Assembly (NCBI GenBank): GCA_043228905.1
Contig: JBHGNT010000022.1
Location: 434,001 to 498,000 of the forward strand
Length of the DNA stretch: 64,000 nt
Direction: 5' to 3'
DNA from: Azolla caroliniana
Lineage: Eukaryota; Plantae; Polypodiophyta
Position 1 is the first letter of the stretch, and each line of letters opens with the position of its first letter. The notes beneath the pieces are model-generated. The model worked only from the letters and a program-made list of their open reading frames with translations. It ran no database searches and was not told the DNA's origin. This document shows positions 1 to 11,600 of the stretch, piece by piece. A program made the translations under genes and the position numbers.

Positions 1-1077
1 AAGGAAGTAATGGAGCTCTTTCGTGTCTGTCGTCTCGAATTTTCCGGAGAGGAGGGACTTGACCTCCAATGACCATATCATCCACGTATAGGATGATGAC
101 AATCTTTGAACATGTAAAGATACTCACCTTGTTGAGGGAGTTGGATGATCTGGTGGATCCATCAAGGTGAGCATCTAGCCGGCTTCTTACATAGAGGGAG
201 TTGTCGGATTTTGACATTCGGAAGCCAATTTGGTGAAGATACTGAGTAATCTTCGAATGCCAAGAACACGGTGCTTGTTTGAGTCCATACAACGGCTTCC
301 TGAGATGATAGACTACGGTCGGGTGTGTTAGGATTGTAGCTGATCACAACCGGTTCACACACTTCCGTATGAGGGTGCAAAGAACAGGTCGACACTACAC
401 AGATGAAATAGAAAACAGAGAGTAGAGACACATAATGTTTTACATGGAAAACCGAAAGGGAAAAAAAACCACGGGGGTTCACAAACCCCAAGAAACGAAT
501 CACTATAAGGGGAGGAGTACAACAAGAGGATTTAAGGCAATGACCTTGAACTCTTCTTCATTGATTGACGACCACAGAGTTACCACTCTCACTCTCACTC
601 TCTCTCTCTGTCACTTACTAGTTACAGAGGCAACTACTCACTGTAACTTGTTACAACTATAATGATTATCACACTTACTAACTACTTGCCATAAGTGTAT
701 ATATACTCATATACATAACATACTATTTACAAATATAGCCTCAATAGGCACATTTAAACTATTTACAAATATAGTTTCTTGAATCGGCTTCGACCGATTC
801 GGCTAATACCCGAGTCGATTTTCAATCCATTGTCGATCCTTTTTTACCTATTGAATCCATTCCACTCGGCTTGTGCTCTTCCCATCCGGAGGGACCTGTT
901 TTCCCAACAGGGTGGTTGGTCAATTCGAAACTGGGTGGTTGGACCATGTATACCTCCTCTTCTAATTCGTCTTGGAGGAAGACGTTCTTTACGTCCATCT
1001 GGTGGAGGTGCCACCCTTTTGCTGTGGCGAGTGCAATCACGGTTCAAACAATCGTCATCTTTGCCATCGGAGCAAAG
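1..1077 (-). mobile_element. Ty1/copia reverse-transcriptase fragment (family C), split by a solo LTR
   Basis: Minus-strand translation FAPMAKMT..IALATAKGWHLHQMDVKNVFLQDELEEEVYMVQPP..HP / TVVYHLRKPLYGLKQAPCSWHSKITQYLHQIGFRMSKSDNSLYV..IILYVDDMVIGG. It closely resembles the RT at 47267-48697. Confidence 0.9.
326..909 (-). mobile_element. Solo LTR (Tnt1/Tork-like copia family) with 5-bp TSD GGGTG
   Basis: Termini TGTTAGGA...TCCCAACA, with GGGTG at 321-325 and 910-914. Removing it restores the RT frame (TNHP/TVVYHLRK). It shares ATCCGGAGGGACCTGT.TCCCAACA, TATTTACAAATATAGCC and AAAAAAACCACGG with the LTR at 7852-8691. Confidence 0.92.
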
Positions 1078-1157
1078 TGTTAGGAATATGTCCCTCCTAT
1101 GGGAGGAGCCGATTGGTCGGGCCGAGGGCCGATAGTTGATGACAGGGAGGAGTTGAC

Positions 1158-1227
<70 letters not shown>

Positions 1228-2652
1228 TGATCCAAGTCGAAGACAAGGCCAACTAGTCGGGCTGATTGGACAATCGATATAAAGTCGGCTAGTCGACCAA
1301 TAGGCTGATTAACTGCTACTATAATAATAGAAGTGATAGTAGTATGGACTACATTTGTAAATAGACAATATGGTGTATGAGTATAAATACACTTAGGGAA
1401 AACCTTAGTGTGTAGAATAGAAAGTGCAGAATAGAGTTTCTGTAGTGTATAACAGAGAGACAAGGAGTGAGAGAGAGTGATTGTGAGCGGCGCCATATAC
1501 GAGACTAGACGTCAAGAGCCCTGTGTGGCTAATATACTCTGAACTAAGGAAGAGTGTTGTAACTTACTCTGTCATGTATATTTCTGAAATACTGAACCTC
1601 CGTTCCCGTGGGTTTTTTCAGATTTAGGGTTTCAACATTAAACACCGTGTATTGTGTATTTGCTATTTTATGTTTCCGCGTTATTGTGTATTACGCAGTC
1701 AGACTTTGTCACGGATTTGTGATCCAATCTTGTCAAACAAGTATAAGAGCTTGAGGTGCAAGCATGGAAGGAGGTGTGAGTGGCTTCCAAGGAATGATGG
1801 TCCTGAACTCTCAAAACTATGCAGATTGGAAGATCAAGATGGAGGATCTTCTGATAGTCAAAGAGTTGTATGGGCCCATCGATAGTGCAGAAATACCCAC
1901 AAGGAGTGTCCTTTAGCACATGGTGAACGACCCAAATGCCTATGACATGTGGCAAAACTTGTCAGGTTTGTATCAGAGAAAGAATTCCCTCAACAAAACA
2001 TCTTTGATGAGGAAGATCGTGAGATTGAAATACAAGGATGGAGAAAGCATAGTCGCTCACGTAAGCACATTCATGGGGTATGTGAACCAACTTGCGGTAG
2101 CCAAGTTTCCCCTTGATGATGCAATGCATGCCATCCTTCTATTGTGTACCCTACCGGAAAACTGGGAGAATCTAGTGGTGACTCTCAACACTTCATGTCA
2201 AGAAAGACAAGCATCTTGAATGAGGAGAAAAGGAGGGACAAGGGTGTCTTGTTCCAGTCGGAGTCAAATCTGACTCAACATACTGGCAGAGGAAGGAATC
2301 GGCAAAGAAATCCACAAAGAAGGGATAAGTTCCAAGCTAGGTCCAAGTCCAGAGGTAAGCTAACATGCTTCTATTATGGGAAACCTGGACACTTCCAGAA
2401 GGATTGCTGACACCTCTAGAAGGACAAAGGTGTCTGTAATGATGTCGAACCAAGGAAGATTCCTGATGAAAAGGGCACTTCAGCCATAGTTACAAGTGTA
2501 GAGGAGATCATGCTCATTTGTGAGTAGGCAAGCAAAAATCTTGCAAGTGAAGAGTGCACCTGGGTGATTGAATCCGACGCATCTTTCCCTATAACTATGT
2601 CGAGAGAGTGTTTCTCGACTTACACAACCAGTGACCAGGGCACAAAGATGGG
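1078..2652 (+). mobile_element. 3'-truncated Tnt1/Tork-like copia (T1): 5' LTR 1078-1739, degenerate PBS, gag and protease pseudogene
   Basis: LTR starts TGTTAGGAATATGTCCCTCC and ends TCAAACA, followed by AGTATAAGAGC (decayed Met-i PBS). Gag reads LNSQNYADWKIKMEDLL, with zinc knuckle CFYYGKPGHFQKDC and protease-like WVIESDAS. Several stops and frameshifts. Confidence 0.85.
1160..1225. repeat. (TA)n microsatellite, about 33 units, inside the T1 LTR
   Basis: Pure TA run seen directly. Confidence 0.97.
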
Positions 2653-3020
2653 GAGGATGTTCATCCTCGACACCAATGACATTGGCACCACTTTGTTCGC
2701 CAAAGGACAAAAGGTTTGAATCGGACATCGACCTGTGGCACAAGCGGATCGGCCATGTCAATTACCGGAGGCTTTAAGACCTGCAGACGAAACGAGTTGT
2801 TTTCGGTTTGCCGAAGTTCAATGGTCGGAAGGTCCAAATATGTGAAGCCTGCCAGCTAGAGCAGCAACACCAGCTTCCATTCCCCACCGAAAGAAACCAT
2901 AGCCGTAACAAGCTTGACCTTATTCATTCTGATGTATGGGGACCGGCACAGACCGTTAGTCTTGGCAGGAGTCGGATATTTCGTCTCCTTCATCAACAAC
3001 TACAACCGGCACACATGGAT
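2645..3020 (+). mobile_element. Copia family B fragment: GAG-pre-integrase region and start of integrase
   Basis: GRMFILDTND..LFAKGQK..SDIDLWHKRIGHVNY..CEACQLEQQHQLPF..LDLIHSDVWGPAQ..YFVSFINNYNRHTWI. The integrase resumes at 8692. Confidence 0.85.
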
Positions 3021-3653
3021 CTCCGCCTCCGTGGTTGACAATGCAACCGTCTTCTGCAGCCGCGACTGCCATGAAACAACTCCTCCTGCATATGTCATTA
3101 CATACCCGGATGTAGACCGGCTGGTATCCACATCAGCCGACATGTCCGAATCGGTGAAACTGTCAAGTTGAGGTTTTCCGGAGCCGAATCGGAGACATAT
3201 ATTTGAAGTGCCCTTCAAATACCGGAGTATCCATTTGACGACGTTCCAGTGCTCCTTGCCGGGATTGCTCATAAACCGGCTCACCACTCCGACTGCGTAT
3301 CCTATATCCGGTCAGGTACACACCATTGCGTACATCAAGCTCCCAACGGCAGAGGCATATGGAAGCTTCATCATATCCGCCTTCTCTGCTTTCGTCTTTG
3401 GGCTTTGCTTACCGGATAACCTGCAGTTTGCCGGAAGTGTCGATCCGACCGGTTTCGCATCCGACATGTTGAACCGGTGAAGCACCTTTGTCACGTACTT
3501 CTCCTGTGACAACCATAATTGCTTCACTGACCGGTTCCGGATAATATGCATCCCCAGCATCTGCCTTGCCGGACCCAAGTCTTTCATTGAGAGCCTTCTT
3601 CAGCATCTGTATTTTGACTTGGTTCCGTCCGACGATCAACATGTCATCCACGT

Positions 3654-4748
3654 TGTCGTGAAGTACGAAAGCTTCACATTAAAAGTCTACAATAAGATAA
3701 ATACATAACTAAAATAACATTTGATAATGTTTTATATAATATTAACAACACATATGATAATATTATATATATGTAAAGAAAAATAATATATATATATAGA
3801 TAAATATATTATATTACACGAACAAGAGAGGACTTGAACCAATAACCCCACCCTATGACTCTCAAATCTTACCATTTACTCTATACTAGTAATATACATA
3901 AAATAAAGCATACTTTATATATACTTTATATTACATAAAGGATTTGCTTCATGATATAAAAATAAAGTTGTATGTTGTATTCAATAGCATTTTGAGATTC
4001 GAACCCACAACCTCATACACCAAAGTTGACACACCTACCATTAGGATAGGCCCTTTCTCTTTAAGATTATGTTTTCATTTTTATTCTTATTGCATATATT
4101 GTTTCATACATAAAAGCTCAAATGAGCGAGATGTTTATCATGCATCACATGTAATGCATGAACGCCAAATGGCGATCATGCATCACATGCATTTCATGCA
4201 CTACATGCATGATTTGTACCCTCCAATGCATCATATGCATGGGGGCACCTATTTAAATGGTGAAAGAAAAGATCAAAGGAGAGATAGGTATGAGATATCA
4301 ATCAAATATGTATTACATAAGAGATACCATAAAATAGAGAAAGAAAGGAAGAAGTTCAAGAGAAAGGTGGAGCTCTAGCTTGGCGGTCGTGGTGGTCAAC
4401 TCTCAACAAGAGGGAGGCGGTTCGAGCCTTATCTTCATTAAAATATTGAAGTGAAGATTGTAGTGGTCTACGATCAAGAAAGAGAAGAGCAATTACCTTG
4501 CAAGACAAAGTTCGGAGGTTTAACGACGTGAACAACCACTTTTGTAACTCTTTCATCAAATAATTATAAATCTCTTTTATTGCTTCAAATATCATTCTAT
4601 ATCCTATATTGTCATATCTTGTTGATCACTATTTATCTATCTCTACTCTTTCGTCTCTTCCGTCCATAATCCCAGTGATTCCTTCCTCACTTTCACGATA
4701 TCTTTTGTCTACGCAACGCTACGCTTCTAGGCGAGCCACGCCACGACA
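3654..4748 (+). mobile_element. Solo LTR (1095 bp) of the family at 17909-21832, 4-bp TSD ACGT
   Basis: Perfect terminal inverted repeats TGTCGTG...CACGACA, with ACGT at 3650-3653 and 4749-4752. Excision restores LLYVDDM of the T2 RT. It shares the ATGCAT-rich block with the LTRs at 17909 and 21043, in the opposite orientation. Confidence 0.92.
3821..4055 (-). promoter_or_regulatory. Two tandem tRNA-like (Pol III type-2 A-box/B-box) cassettes inside the solo LTR
   Basis: Unit 1 (about 3821-3890): TAGAGTAAATGGTAA...GGTTCAAGTCC. Unit 2 (about 3985-4055): TATCCTAATGGTA...GTGGGTTCGAATCTCA with a T-arm-like stem. Spacing is tRNA-like. Confidence 0.6.
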
Positions 4749-5596
4749 ACGTACAGAAGGAGTATCAAGAAGTCGCCTCCTTCGAACTTCTTCACAAACA
4801 CGCAGTGATCGGCCTGCGTCTTGTGGTACCCTTGATCAGTCATGAAGGAGTCGAACTTCCGGTACCATTGCCGGGGGGCCTGCTTCAACCCGTAGAGGCT
4901 CTTCTTCAACCGGCATACCAGGTTCTCCTTCCCTTTCTCCACAAATCCCTCCGGTTGTTGCATGTAGATCTCCTCTTCGAGGTCTTCGTGAAGGAATGTC
5001 GTCTTCACATCCAGCTGTTCTACCTCGAGGTCCATGCTTGCCGCTATACTCAGCACCGTCCGGATGGAGGTCATCTTTACTACTGGGGCAAATATCTCGT
5101 CGAAGTCCACGCCCTTCTTCTGCTGGAACCCCTTCACCACGATCCTGGCTTTGTATCTTGGGGGGTTTCCGGCATCTCCCGGTTTCAACTTGTACACCCA
5201 CTTGTTTCGGAGTGCCCACTTTCCTTTCGGCAACTCCACCAATTCGTACGTATGGTTCTCATGCAGGGAATCCATCTCATCTTGCATGGCACTTAACCAT
5301 TTGCGGCTGTGGGTGTCATCCTTCGCTTCTTCGAAGCTTTCCGGCTCCCCCTCATCGGTCAGTAGAACATGCTCTGCATCCGGAAATCTCCGGGGGGGCC
5401 TTCTCTCTCTTAGAGGATATCTCCGTCTCTGGGCTTCGGTAACTGGCTCCTCTATTTGCTCTTCATCCGAATTTGATTCGGGGTCTTGGCCGGTTTCGGT
5501 TTCAGCTTCCTTTACTTCTTCTTCAGCCTGTTCGGTATCCTCACCGTAACCGGCTGGTCCCTCGAGTGCTAACCGGTCTCTTGCCGGTTGGGTCTG

Positions 5597-7822
5597 CTAG
5601 TCGTAGAGTCGATCCTTACTAGTCGACTCGGAGTTCATTATCTTCTTCTCTGACTCCCAGTCGGCGAGCGTCTTGTCCTCCATGAAGATAATATCTCGAC
5701 TCCGGAATACCTTCTTGTCGACCGGGTCCCACACTCGGTAGCCGAACTCATCGTCGTCGTAACCGAGGAATATGCATGGTCGGGTCTTTGGATCTAACTT
5801 TCCTCTCCGGTCCTTAGCTACATGCACGTACGCGAGACACCCGAACACCTTTAGATGCCGGTAGGACACTTCCTTACCGGTCCAAACTCTCCGTGGCGTA
5901 TCTCCGTCCAAGGGTACTGAGGGTGATCTGTTTATCACGTATGTCGCCGTCGACAATGCCTCAACCCAAAACTTCTTGGGTAGTTTTGCATGCGCTAGCA
6001 TACTCCGGACCCTCTCCATTATGGTCCGGTTCATCCTCTCGGCCAGCCCGTTTAGTTCCGGCGTCTTCGACACGGTAAATTCGAGCCGGATTCCCTTCGA
6101 GCGGTAGTACTCCTCGAACTGCCCCCGGTATTCTCCTCCGTTATCTGCTCGAACCTCCTTCAGCTTCCGGCCGGTTTCTCTTTCCACTCTCGCGTGGAGC
6201 TCTTTGAAGACGGATAACACCTGATCCTTCGTCTTCAACAGTGTGGCCCACAGCTTCCGGCTGTGGTCATCTATGAACGTCACGAAGTACTGCGCTCCGG
6301 CATGTGACTTCATGTCTACTTGACACACATCCATATGCACCAACTCTAGTGGTGCATTACGTCTCATCGGTTGCCTTGGTCGGAAGGAGGTCCGGTTCTG
6401 CTTACCGGCCAGACAATCAGTGCACTTCTCTAAGTGCACGTTCTTCACTGGAATGAGGTTGTCGTCTGCAAGCCTCTTCATCCCCTTCTCGCTCATATGA
6501 CACAGCCTCTTGTGACACAGCTCACCGGCAGTGTCGGATGCCACGTTCACTTCTTCCAGACATAACCGGGCATTCATCAGGTACAGTGTGTTGACCTTCC
6601 GGGCCCGAGCCACAATCAGGCTCCCTTTGTTGAACTTCATGACACCGTTCCGGATGCTACCCGTGTAGCCTTCATCATCTAGCCGACCGGCTGATTTCAG
6701 GTTCAGACGAACCTCCGGAACGTGTCGGACATCCTTCAGCAGCAACTTGCATCCGGTTGGTGTTAACAGCCACACGTCTCCTATGCCGACAATTCGACAC
6801 GTACCTTCATTCCCCATCTGGACACAGCCGTGATCACCGGCTGAGTAGGATGAGAAGCATTTCCGGTCTAGGATAAGGTGGAACAATGCTCCGGAGTCGA
6901 CCACCCAGGTCATCTCGTCGCCGGCAAGGTTTATCTCACTCTCCTCGGTGATGAGCATCAACTCTTCTTCACTTGCTGCGATTGCCGTCGTCCCCTTCCG
7001 ATCCGGTCCCCTCCGGTCTTTGCCGTTCCGGTCCGGGGTCCGCTTCGAATCGGTACCGTCGGTTTCCTTGTCCTTTCGGAAATGCCGACAGTTCTTCTCG
7101 AAGTGTCCCAGCTTGCCGCAATAGAAGCAAGTAGGCCTCCCCCTTGACTTTGACCGTGTCCCCGACTTCTGCTGGTTCTGGGGACTACGATTTCTTTGTC
7201 TTCCGCGTTCCGATTCGGTAAGGAGCGCTTTGGAGTCGTAGCTCGTATCTTTATCCTTCCGATGTGCCTCCTCATCTAGCAAGCTCGACTTTACTCTTGC
7301 TAAGGATAACCGCTTTCCTTCCGGCCCGGCGTTGCCCAAAGTGACAACCAACGTCTCCCAACTATCCGGGAGGGAACCGAGCAAGAGTAGTGCTAGTACC
7401 TCGTCGGCGAGAGGTACTTCCAATGATGTTGCCTGGTGTATCAGCCCCTGAAAGGCATTCATGTGCTCTGCCATGCTGGAGCCATCTTGGTACCGGAGTC
7501 TTACTAGCTTCCGGAATACCGAAACCTGATTGACAACATTTTTGTTTTGAAACATTATGCCGATCTTCTCCCAGAGCTCATGAGCCTTGCTCTCTTCATC
7601 GAAGTTGTTGTATAGGCTCATGTCGATGAAGCACCGTATGTACGCCGTTGTCTTCATGTGCATCACCTCCCATATCGCGGCGTCGATTTTGTCCGGTCTC
7701 TTGTCCCCGAACTGAACTGGCAGCCAGAGGTCTTTAACCACGAGCATGTCCCTCATCTTCGACTTCCACACTGAATAGTTGGAGCCGGTGAGCTTGAACA
7801 TGCCGCCAAACGATTCGTCCAT
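5597..7822 (-). CDS. Copia Gag-protease-integrase polyprotein (truncated by one premature stop)
   Basis: MDESFGGMFKLTGSNYSVWK; zinc knuckle CFYCGKLGHFEKNC; protease WVVDSGA; HKRLCHMS..CTDC; integrase core FVTFIDDHSR..ADNGGEY..NGLAERMNRT; GKLDPK. Confidence 0.9.
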   Translation of the reverse strand: MDESFGGMFKLTGSNYSVWKSKMRDMLVVKDLWLPVQFGDKRPDKIDAAIWEVMHMKTTAYIRCFIDMSLYNNFDEESKAHELWEKIGIMFQNKNVVNQVSVFRKLVRLRYQDGSSMAEHMNAFQGLIHQATSLEVPLADEVLALLLLGSLPDSWETLVVTLGNAGPEGKRLSLARVKSSLLDEEAHRKDKDTSYDSKALLTESERGRQRNRSPQNQQKSGTRSKSRGRPTCFYCGKLGHFEKNCRHFRKDKETDGTDSKRTPDRNGKDRRGPDRKGTTAIAASEEELMLITEESEINLAGDEMTWVVDSGALFHLILDRKCFSSYSAGDHGCVQMGNEGTCRIVGIGDVWLLTPTGCKLLLKDVRHVPEVRLNLKSAGRLDDEGYTGSIRNGVMKFNKGSLIVARARKVNTLYLMNARLCLEEVNVASDTAGELCHKRLCHMSEKGMKRLADDNLIPVKNVHLEKCTDCLAGKQNRTSFRPRQPMRRNAPLELVHMDVCQVDMKSHAGAQYFVTFIDDHSRKLWATLLKTKDQVLSVFKELHARVERETGRKLKEVRADNGGEYRGQFEEYYRSKGIRLEFTVSKTPELNGLAERMNRTIMERVRSMLAHAKLPKKFWVEALSTATYVINRSPSVPLDGDTPRRVWTGKEVSYRHLKVFGCLAYVHVAKDRRGKLDPKTRPCIFLGYDDDEFGYRVWDPVDKKVFRSRDIIFMEDKTLADWESEKKIMNSESTSKDRLYD

Positions 7823-8321
7823 TTTCTGTGTTGTTATGCTCTGATACCACTTGACGGGAACTAAAAAACGCTCCTTATACACAATGCTCGGCCACAACCG
7901 TGCTTAGGATCATACACAGAAAACGGGAAAGAAAACACGACACGAAGAAGAGAAGAGTATGCAGGATGTTTACGTGGAAAACCCCAAACTAGGGTAAAAA
8001 AAACCACGGCAGCCCACAGCCTGCAAACTATCACTATGTTAGAATGTACAACAGTGAGTTCACGGAGGCAACGACCTCGTGCTCACGATCTTCGCCACAG
8101 GCGGCGGTTACAACTGAGACAACGACCTCTTCCTCTCTCTCTCTCACTCTCTCTGTACACAGTTACGCGCTCCAATCTCGCGCAGACAACAATGACAACC
8201 CCTTCTCAAAAGTTTGCCCTAAGTCATATTTATACTAATATGACTTTTCGGTTATTTACAAATATAGCCACGATGGACTTTCAGAAACATATTTACGAAT
8301 TTGTCTCTACATCCGGAGAGC

Positions 8322-8671
8322 GCTCCTCACCGGGCCTGCATCATCCGGATCTCCGTAGCCGGGTACTCCTCATCCGGTCTTCACCGGGTCTGTACCATCC
8401 GGCTCTCCGTAGCCGGGTACTCCTCATTCGGTCTTCACCGAGTCTATACCATCCGGCTCTCCGTAGCTGGGTACTCCTCATCCGGTCTTCACTGGGTCTG
8501 CACCATCCGGCTCTCCGTAGCCGGGTACTCCTCATCTGGTCTTCACCGGGTCTGTACCATCCGGCTCTCCGTAGCCGGGTACTCCTCATCTGGTCTTCAC
8601 CGGGTCTATACTATCCGGCTCTCCGTAGCCGGGTACTCCTCATCCGGTCTTCACCGGGTTTGCACCATCCG
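8322..8671. repeat. 54-bp tandem repeat, about 6.5 copies, in the U3 of the T2 LTR
   Basis: Unit CTCCTCATCCGGTCTTCACCGGGTCTGTACCATCCGGCTCTCCGTAGCCGGGTA; 18-aa periodicity in the overlapping ORFs. Confidence 0.95.
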
Positions 8672-8691
8672 GAGGGACCTGTCTCCCAACA

Positions 8692-11600
8692 GATACACAC
8701 CAGAGCAAAATGGTGTGGCCAAGAGGAAGAACCAGTCGATTGTCGACATGGCAAGGGCAATCCTGGAAGAGAAGAGCATGCCCCATTTCTACTGGGCAGA
8801 GGCGGTCCGGACGGCCGTCTACGTCCAAAACCGGATCGGTGACAAGGTGTCAGTGCATGAGCTATATTTCGGGCGCAAGCCGAATTTGTGACACCTTCGG
8901 ATATTCGGTAGCATTGCATATGTGCATGTGTCGGATGAGAAGCGGAGGATGTTGGATGCAAAGTCGGAGACATGCATCCTGGTCGGTTACTCGCATGAGC
9001 AAAAGGGGTATAAGTGTTATAACCCCCGGACAAAGCAGGTCCAAGTTAGCTGGGATGTTGAGTTTGATGAGACGGCATCATGGTATGCCTTACCAGCTCC
9101 GACTTCCGACCCCGACCCGACACCGGAGAATGAGGCTAGTGAGCCTGAACCGGTCCAGGTAGAAGATGAAGACTTCCGCACTCTAGAAGAGAGTCTGATC
9201 TCTTCGGTTAAGTGGACCGAATGAGCGGCTAAGTTGGGATGACCAGTCGGATGAGGAACCGGCAAGTAGTGGAGACTCTACCTTGCTCTCCCCGCACAAG
9301 GAACCGAGGAGATGGTTCACTTGCAAAGAGAAGGGGAAGAAGAAGATGCCGGAATACGAAACCGGGAACATTGAGTCGGATCGGAGTGAATCCGACTCCG
9401 GAAAGGGCCTGGCCAAGAAGGGCCCCAAACCGGGTAATACCAAGTTACGTCGGTCTTCCCACCATAAGAACCCCGTGACGTGGTATGGGTACAATGAGTA
9501 CATGGCGCATCACTATGCGTACATGACCAAGGTGGCGGAAGTGCGTGAGCCGAAGAGCTACGCAGAAATGGCAAAGGATGCCAATTGGCGTGCCGCTATG
9601 GAGGAAGAAATGCGGGCACTTGATGCCAATGACACATGGGACCTAGTTGACCCTCCCCGACACTGTAAACCAATTGGATGTAAGTGGGTGTACAAGGTAA
9701 AGTACAATGCCGACGGTTTTGTTAACCGGTACAAGGCTAGGTTAGTGGTGAAGGGATACGCGCAGATCCACGGAATCGACTACGACAAGACCTTCGCCCC
9801 AGTAGCGAAGATGATGACGGTTTGTGTGATACTAGCAATTGCTGCGGCAAGGGGGTGGCATACTCACCAGATGGACGTGAAGAATGCGTTTCTTCAAGGC
9901 GATCTTGAAGAAGAGGTCTTTATGACCCAACCCCCCGGTGTCCAGACGGAGATGAACAAGTTGGCGGTATGTCGGCTGAAGATGTCACTCTATGGCTTGA
10001 AGCAAGCCCCCCAAGCTTGGAATGCGAAGATCACGCACCGGTTGCGTAAGATGGGGTTTGCGGCCTCCAAGTCCGACTCTTCGTTGTTCATCTGGCAAGG
10101 TCCGGACGGTCCGGTTTGCATTTTGCTGTATGTTGATGATCTAGTCATCACCGGACCCAGACTCGATGAAATCAACCGAGTTAAGGCCCAACTGTCGAAC
10201 GCATTTGAGATGAAGGACTTGGGGGACATTCACTATTTCCTTGGGATCGAGGTGATCCGAACCCGCGAAGGCATATTGCTCTCACAAAGACACTATGTGT
10301 TGAATATGTTGTACAAGTTTGGCATGACGGAATGCCGACCAATCTCCACACCCCTGGACCGGAACCAGAAGCATCGTCCCGACTCCGGACCAGCCTGCGA
10401 TGAGAAGTGGTTCCGACAAATCGTCGAAAGCCTCATATATTTGACAATCACCCAACCCGACATCAGTTATCCGGTCGGCGTGATCAACCAATATATGCAG
10501 AAGCCAACCGTGGACCACCTTCTGTGTACGCATCAAATTTTGCGATATGTGAGCATCACGAAGGACCGGGGACTGTTATACCGGCATGGTATAACCGAAG
10601 AGCTAGTCGGCTACACCGATGCCAACTGGGCCGGCAATGCATCGGATCGCCGATCCACCTCCGGCTATATGTTTTCCCTTGGTAGCGTGGCTATTGCGTG
10701 GAGCAACAAAAAATAGCCAACAGTGGCCCTCTCAAGCACTAAGGCTGAATATCGGGGCGCTACCGTTGCCACCTGTGAAGTCATTTGGCTTCGACAACTG
10801 ATGCAAGACCTGCGGATCGAGGTGCCGACCCCAATCCTGATCTACTGTGACAACATAAGCAGCATGCAGCTCGCCAAAAACCTGTATTCATACTGATCGG
10901 CAAGTTGCTGACAGATCGGTATGTTCATACAGATCGGCAAGTTGCTGACATCTTCACCAAACTGCTCGGATCGGACAAGTTGCAGCACTTCACCGAAATG
11001 CTTGGTGTTCAACATCTCGACGTGCCACACTTGAGGGGGAGAATGGGCAAAGACACCGGAATGGGCAAAGGCAAAGAAACTGCCGATTGCACCGGTGAGG
11101 GAAGAACCGACAAAGGGGGAGACAAGAAGAAGAAAGGAGCCGAGTCGACAAAGGAAGTTGACACATCCGAACAAGTTGGAACAAGCGGCAGCGGCGGCAG
11201 AGTCAAGAATGACAGAGCCGACCGGAAGAAGAAGGCCAAGACCCGGACATGGTCCGATGTGGTGAAGGGCCTGGAACTGGAAGATGAATCGGGAGCGACC
11301 GTTTCAAACAAGAGCTGAAACAAATCGGAGACAGCCGATTCAATTCAATAGACGGATTCGAAAGAACCAGATCAATTCAAGGCCAAGAGGATGAGACGGC
11401 AGTGAAAGTCGACGCCAACATAAAGGAATCGGCGAATCAGCAAGCGCCAAAATCACAGCAGTGAGGGAGCTGAATTGGGCCTGCTGAACAGACAAGCCAA
11501 CCGAGGAACAAGCGGCAGCGGCGGCAGAGTCAAGAATGACAGAGCCGACCGGAAGAAGAAGGCCAAGACCCGGACATGGTCCGATGTGGTGAAGGGCCTG

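Larger units (their letters stand above)
3021..8691 (-). mobile_element. Tnt1/Tork-like copia (T2): 5' LTR 7852-8691, PBS, gag-pol; 3' end of RNase H and 3' LTR deleted
   Basis: LTR TGTTGGGAGA...TTCCCGTCA and PBS TGGTATCAGAGC at 7838-7849. Gag-PR-INT ORF 5597-7822 continues in frame past a single stop into RT (4753-5287). RT/RNase H at 3021-3653 ends at VALSTTEAE. Confidence 0.93.

Noticed and set aside
1080-1496. 138-aa ORF with YI repeats
   Set aside because: Translation of the (TA)n microsatellite within an LTR.
3821-4055. Functional tRNA genes
   Set aside because: Acceptor and anticodon stems do not pair properly and no anticodon can be assigned; reported only as tRNA-like promoter cassettes.
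3944-4378. His/Met-rich metal-binding protein
   Set aside because: Translation of ATGCAT-rich LTR sequence; the frame is not preserved among the three LTR copies.
8036-8891. 268-aa and 196-aa repeat proteins
   Set aside because: Artefacts of a stop-free 54-bp tandem repeat inside an LTR, running into the neighbouring integrase.
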